A stretch of 64,000 nucleotides of DNA, from contig OY969696.1 in the NCBI GenBank assembly GCA_963702005.1, positions 4,032,001 to 4,096,000 of the forward strand, in the 5' to 3' direction. The stretch comes from Candidatus Aminicenantes bacterium. Its GTDB lineage: Bacteria; Acidobacteriota; Aminicenantia; Aminicenantales; JAFGBC01. Both the position numbers and the translations under genes were made by a program. The notes below the pieces were generated by a model that searched no databases, was not told the origin of the DNA, and was given only the letters and a program-made list of their open reading frames with translations. This document shows positions 62,151-64,000 of the stretch, in pieces; positions within the stretch are counted from its first letter, which is position 1; the number at the start of each line of letters is the position of its first letter.

Positions 62151-64000
62151 TTATTTCCTGTGAATGCGGCCGGACGACACGGAACGGGAAGACGATCCCG
62201 AGCTTCGCGAGGGGGAGGAATAGGACCTGGCGCTGGGACGGGACCCGGAAGACCGGGGAGAATAGCTCGGACGGCTCGACGAGGACGAAGGGCCCGAATC
62301 TCCGGAACGCGGCGAGTAGCTCCTCGAATAGGACGGGCGGTCGGACGAGTCGGATTCCCGCCCATAGCGGATCTCGGGGCGGCGCTCCGCATCATCATAG
62401 GACCGGCTCCGGGGATACGGATCGTAGCTCGAATCCCTGTCCTCATTCCTCGTTCCGGATTCGGAGAACCGGCTCCGGAACGTCCGCAGCAGGCCGCCGA
62501 GCGTCTCCGAAGAAGACCGCGGCTCGCGCGACTCGTACTCCCTCAAGGAAGAACGAGATTCATCTTGGCGCGGGACGGGCTGCCGCGAAGAGAAGGATGA
62601 ATCGTTGCGGCGTTCGACGAGGTCCGACCGCCAGGTGGAGGGGGCGATCCGGGCCGGAAAGGTCTTGATCCCGGTCCTCGGAACGCCGACCTCCCCGGCG
62701 CCGCGCCGGCTGTCGAACTCCCGGCTGCGGGGCGCCGGGTCCTTGCTCGGGCCGATCGACGGCCCGTCGCTTCGCCGCGACGGATAGGTTTTAATGCCCT
62801 CCTTGTCGAGGAGGCGCGGGGTCAGGCTCCGGTCGGAGCCGCGGATGTCCCTGGGAGCCGCGACCGGCCTCGTTTCCCGGATCGTCGTCTTGTCGAACGA
62901 GCCGGCCACCCCTTTGCCGCGGATGTCGCCGGGGAGCCGGGATCGGTCCAATCGGATCTCTCCCGGCGAGAAGCTTTTAGGGACGTCGCGGATGTTATCG
63001 CGCGAGAGGTTCTTCGCCCCGATGCGCTGCTCCAGGCTCGACCGGTCGATGACGGGCTTGATGTCGGGCTGCTGGGCGCGGAGCGAGATCTTATTGATGG
63101 ACCTGATCCGGTCGGCGCTCAGGGCGTCGCGGCTGATCTGGCGCGACTGGAGCTGGTTGCGGCGGACGACGGTCAAGGCGCGGGAATTCGCGGGGTAGTC
63201 GTGGCGATTATAGCGGTCGTAGAAGTAGTTGTTGATGATGACGATGGGCGTATTGTAGTAGCCGAGCGGGCACCAACCGCAGTAATCGTAATCCCACCAC
63301 CAATGGACCCAGGCCGGGCCCCAATGATGGGTCGGGATCCAGTACCAGCCGAGGCCCATCCTCCAGTGCCAACGGCCGTAGTGGTAGGCGGCCCAGCCCC
63401 AGGGCTCGTAGGAAACCCAGGTCCAGCCGATGATCGGATACCAGGCCCAGCGGCCGTGGTAGTACGGCCGCCAGTCCGTCTCGTAGATGGAGGGAATCCA
63501 AACATAGCCGTAGGGCTGTTCGTAGGCCCAGCGGCCGTAAGAGTCAAGCTCGTCCTGGTATTCGTTGATCTCCTCGGGGAGATAGCGGGTCGAGGCGCGG
63601 GGTTTGTGCAGCTCGTCCCGGTCGGCGTTCCATTCGGCGAAATCATCCCGGCTCGCGATATAATCGTTGGCGGGCGATCGGAGGTCGCCGTTGACGGCGG
63701 TCAGCCGCTCATTCCGGTTGACCTGGACCGAGCCTTCTTGCCCGGCCGCTTCGAGCGAGCCGTCGAGGACGAGGACCTCGGTCTCCCGGTTCTGGCTGAC
63801 CTCGAACCGGTAAAGACCGCGGTCGAGGATATAAAAGGAAGCGTCCGGCGTGTGAATTTCGAAGGCCTTCTCCCGCTCGAGGAAGGCCACCCGGAGGTAA
63901 ATCCGGCCGGCCAGGAGATGGAGGTTAGTGGCGTCGCCGTCCCGCTGCGGGAGACCGTAGAAGTCGAGCTGCGTCTCGGCGTCGAGCCGGAGGTAGTTCG
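62151..64000 (-). CDS. FecR/DUF6600-domain protein with an R/S-rich tail (5' end outside the window)
   Basis: LDSYGRW, WRPYYHGRW, WTWVSYEPWGWAAYHYGRW, WGPAWV. Confidence 0.85.
   Translation of the reverse strand, partial: NYLRLDAETQLDFYGLPQRDGDATNLHLLAGRIYLRVAFLEREKAFEIHTPDASFYILDRGLYRFEVSQNRETEVLVLDGSLEAAGQEGSVQVNRNERLTAVNGDLRSPANDYIASRDDFAEWNADRDELHKPRASTRYLPEEINEYQDELDSYGRWAYEQPYGYVWIPSIYETDWRPYYHGRWAWYPIIGWTWVSYEPWGWAAYHYGRWHWRMGLGWYWIPTHHWGPAWVHWWWDYDYCGWCPLGYYNTPIVIINNYFYDRYNRHDYPANSRALTVVRRNQLQSRQISRDALSADRIRSINKISLRAQQPDIKPVIDRSSLEQRIGAKNLSRDNIRDVPKSFSPGEIRLDRSRLPGDIRGKGVAGSFDKTTIRETRPVAAPRDIRGSDRSLTPRLLDKEGIKTYPSRRSDGPSIGPSKDPAPRSREFDSRRGAGEVGVPRTGIKTFPARIAPSTWRSDLVERRNDSSFSSRQPVPRQDESRSSLREYESREPRSSSETLGGLLRTFRSRFSESGTRNEDRDSSYDPYPRSRSYDDAERRPEIRYGRESDSSDRPSYSRSYSPRSGDSGPSSSSSRPSYSPRSSGSRPSARSYSSPSRSSGSSSRSVSSGRIHRK

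Noticed and set aside
62151-62460. R/S-rich low-complexity stretch as a DNA repeat element
   Set aside because: It is the disordered tail of the DUF6600 protein, with no exact DNA repeat

Overview
High-GC bacterial chromosomal window. Its gene content (class III RNR, KorAB, tricorn, secreted amidohydrolases, beta-propeller and DUF6600 proteins) suggests an anaerobic heterotroph, possibly Aminicenantia/Acidobacteriota-like (inference only). Most genes are accessory envelope, hydrolase and transport genes. The window also holds a korAB operon, an nrdD-redoxin-nrdG-dut operon with NrdR boxes, and a putative lipid-modification cluster (CDP-alcohol phosphotransferase, radical SAM, DedA, DAG kinase). 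The clearest signal is a complete IS1111-type IS110 element (44344-45641). Its downstream non-coding region carries readable bridge/seekRNA-like guides for both its target and its donor junction. It also has a duplicated CT core, sub-terminal IRs and a promoter that forms only on circularisation. Its target is one member of a modular family of short TCAA-bounded palindromic elements scattered through the window, and a second, unrelated DDE IS sits in the same terminal motif of another copy. Other observations: a patchwork of gene fragments (21-24.6 kb and 29.3-30.4 kb), a frameshifted two-domain glycoside hydrolase, a 29-bp direct repeat bounding a 2.7-kb segment, and several degenerate pseudo-enzyme domains. 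No rRNA, tRNA or CRISPR array was recognised.
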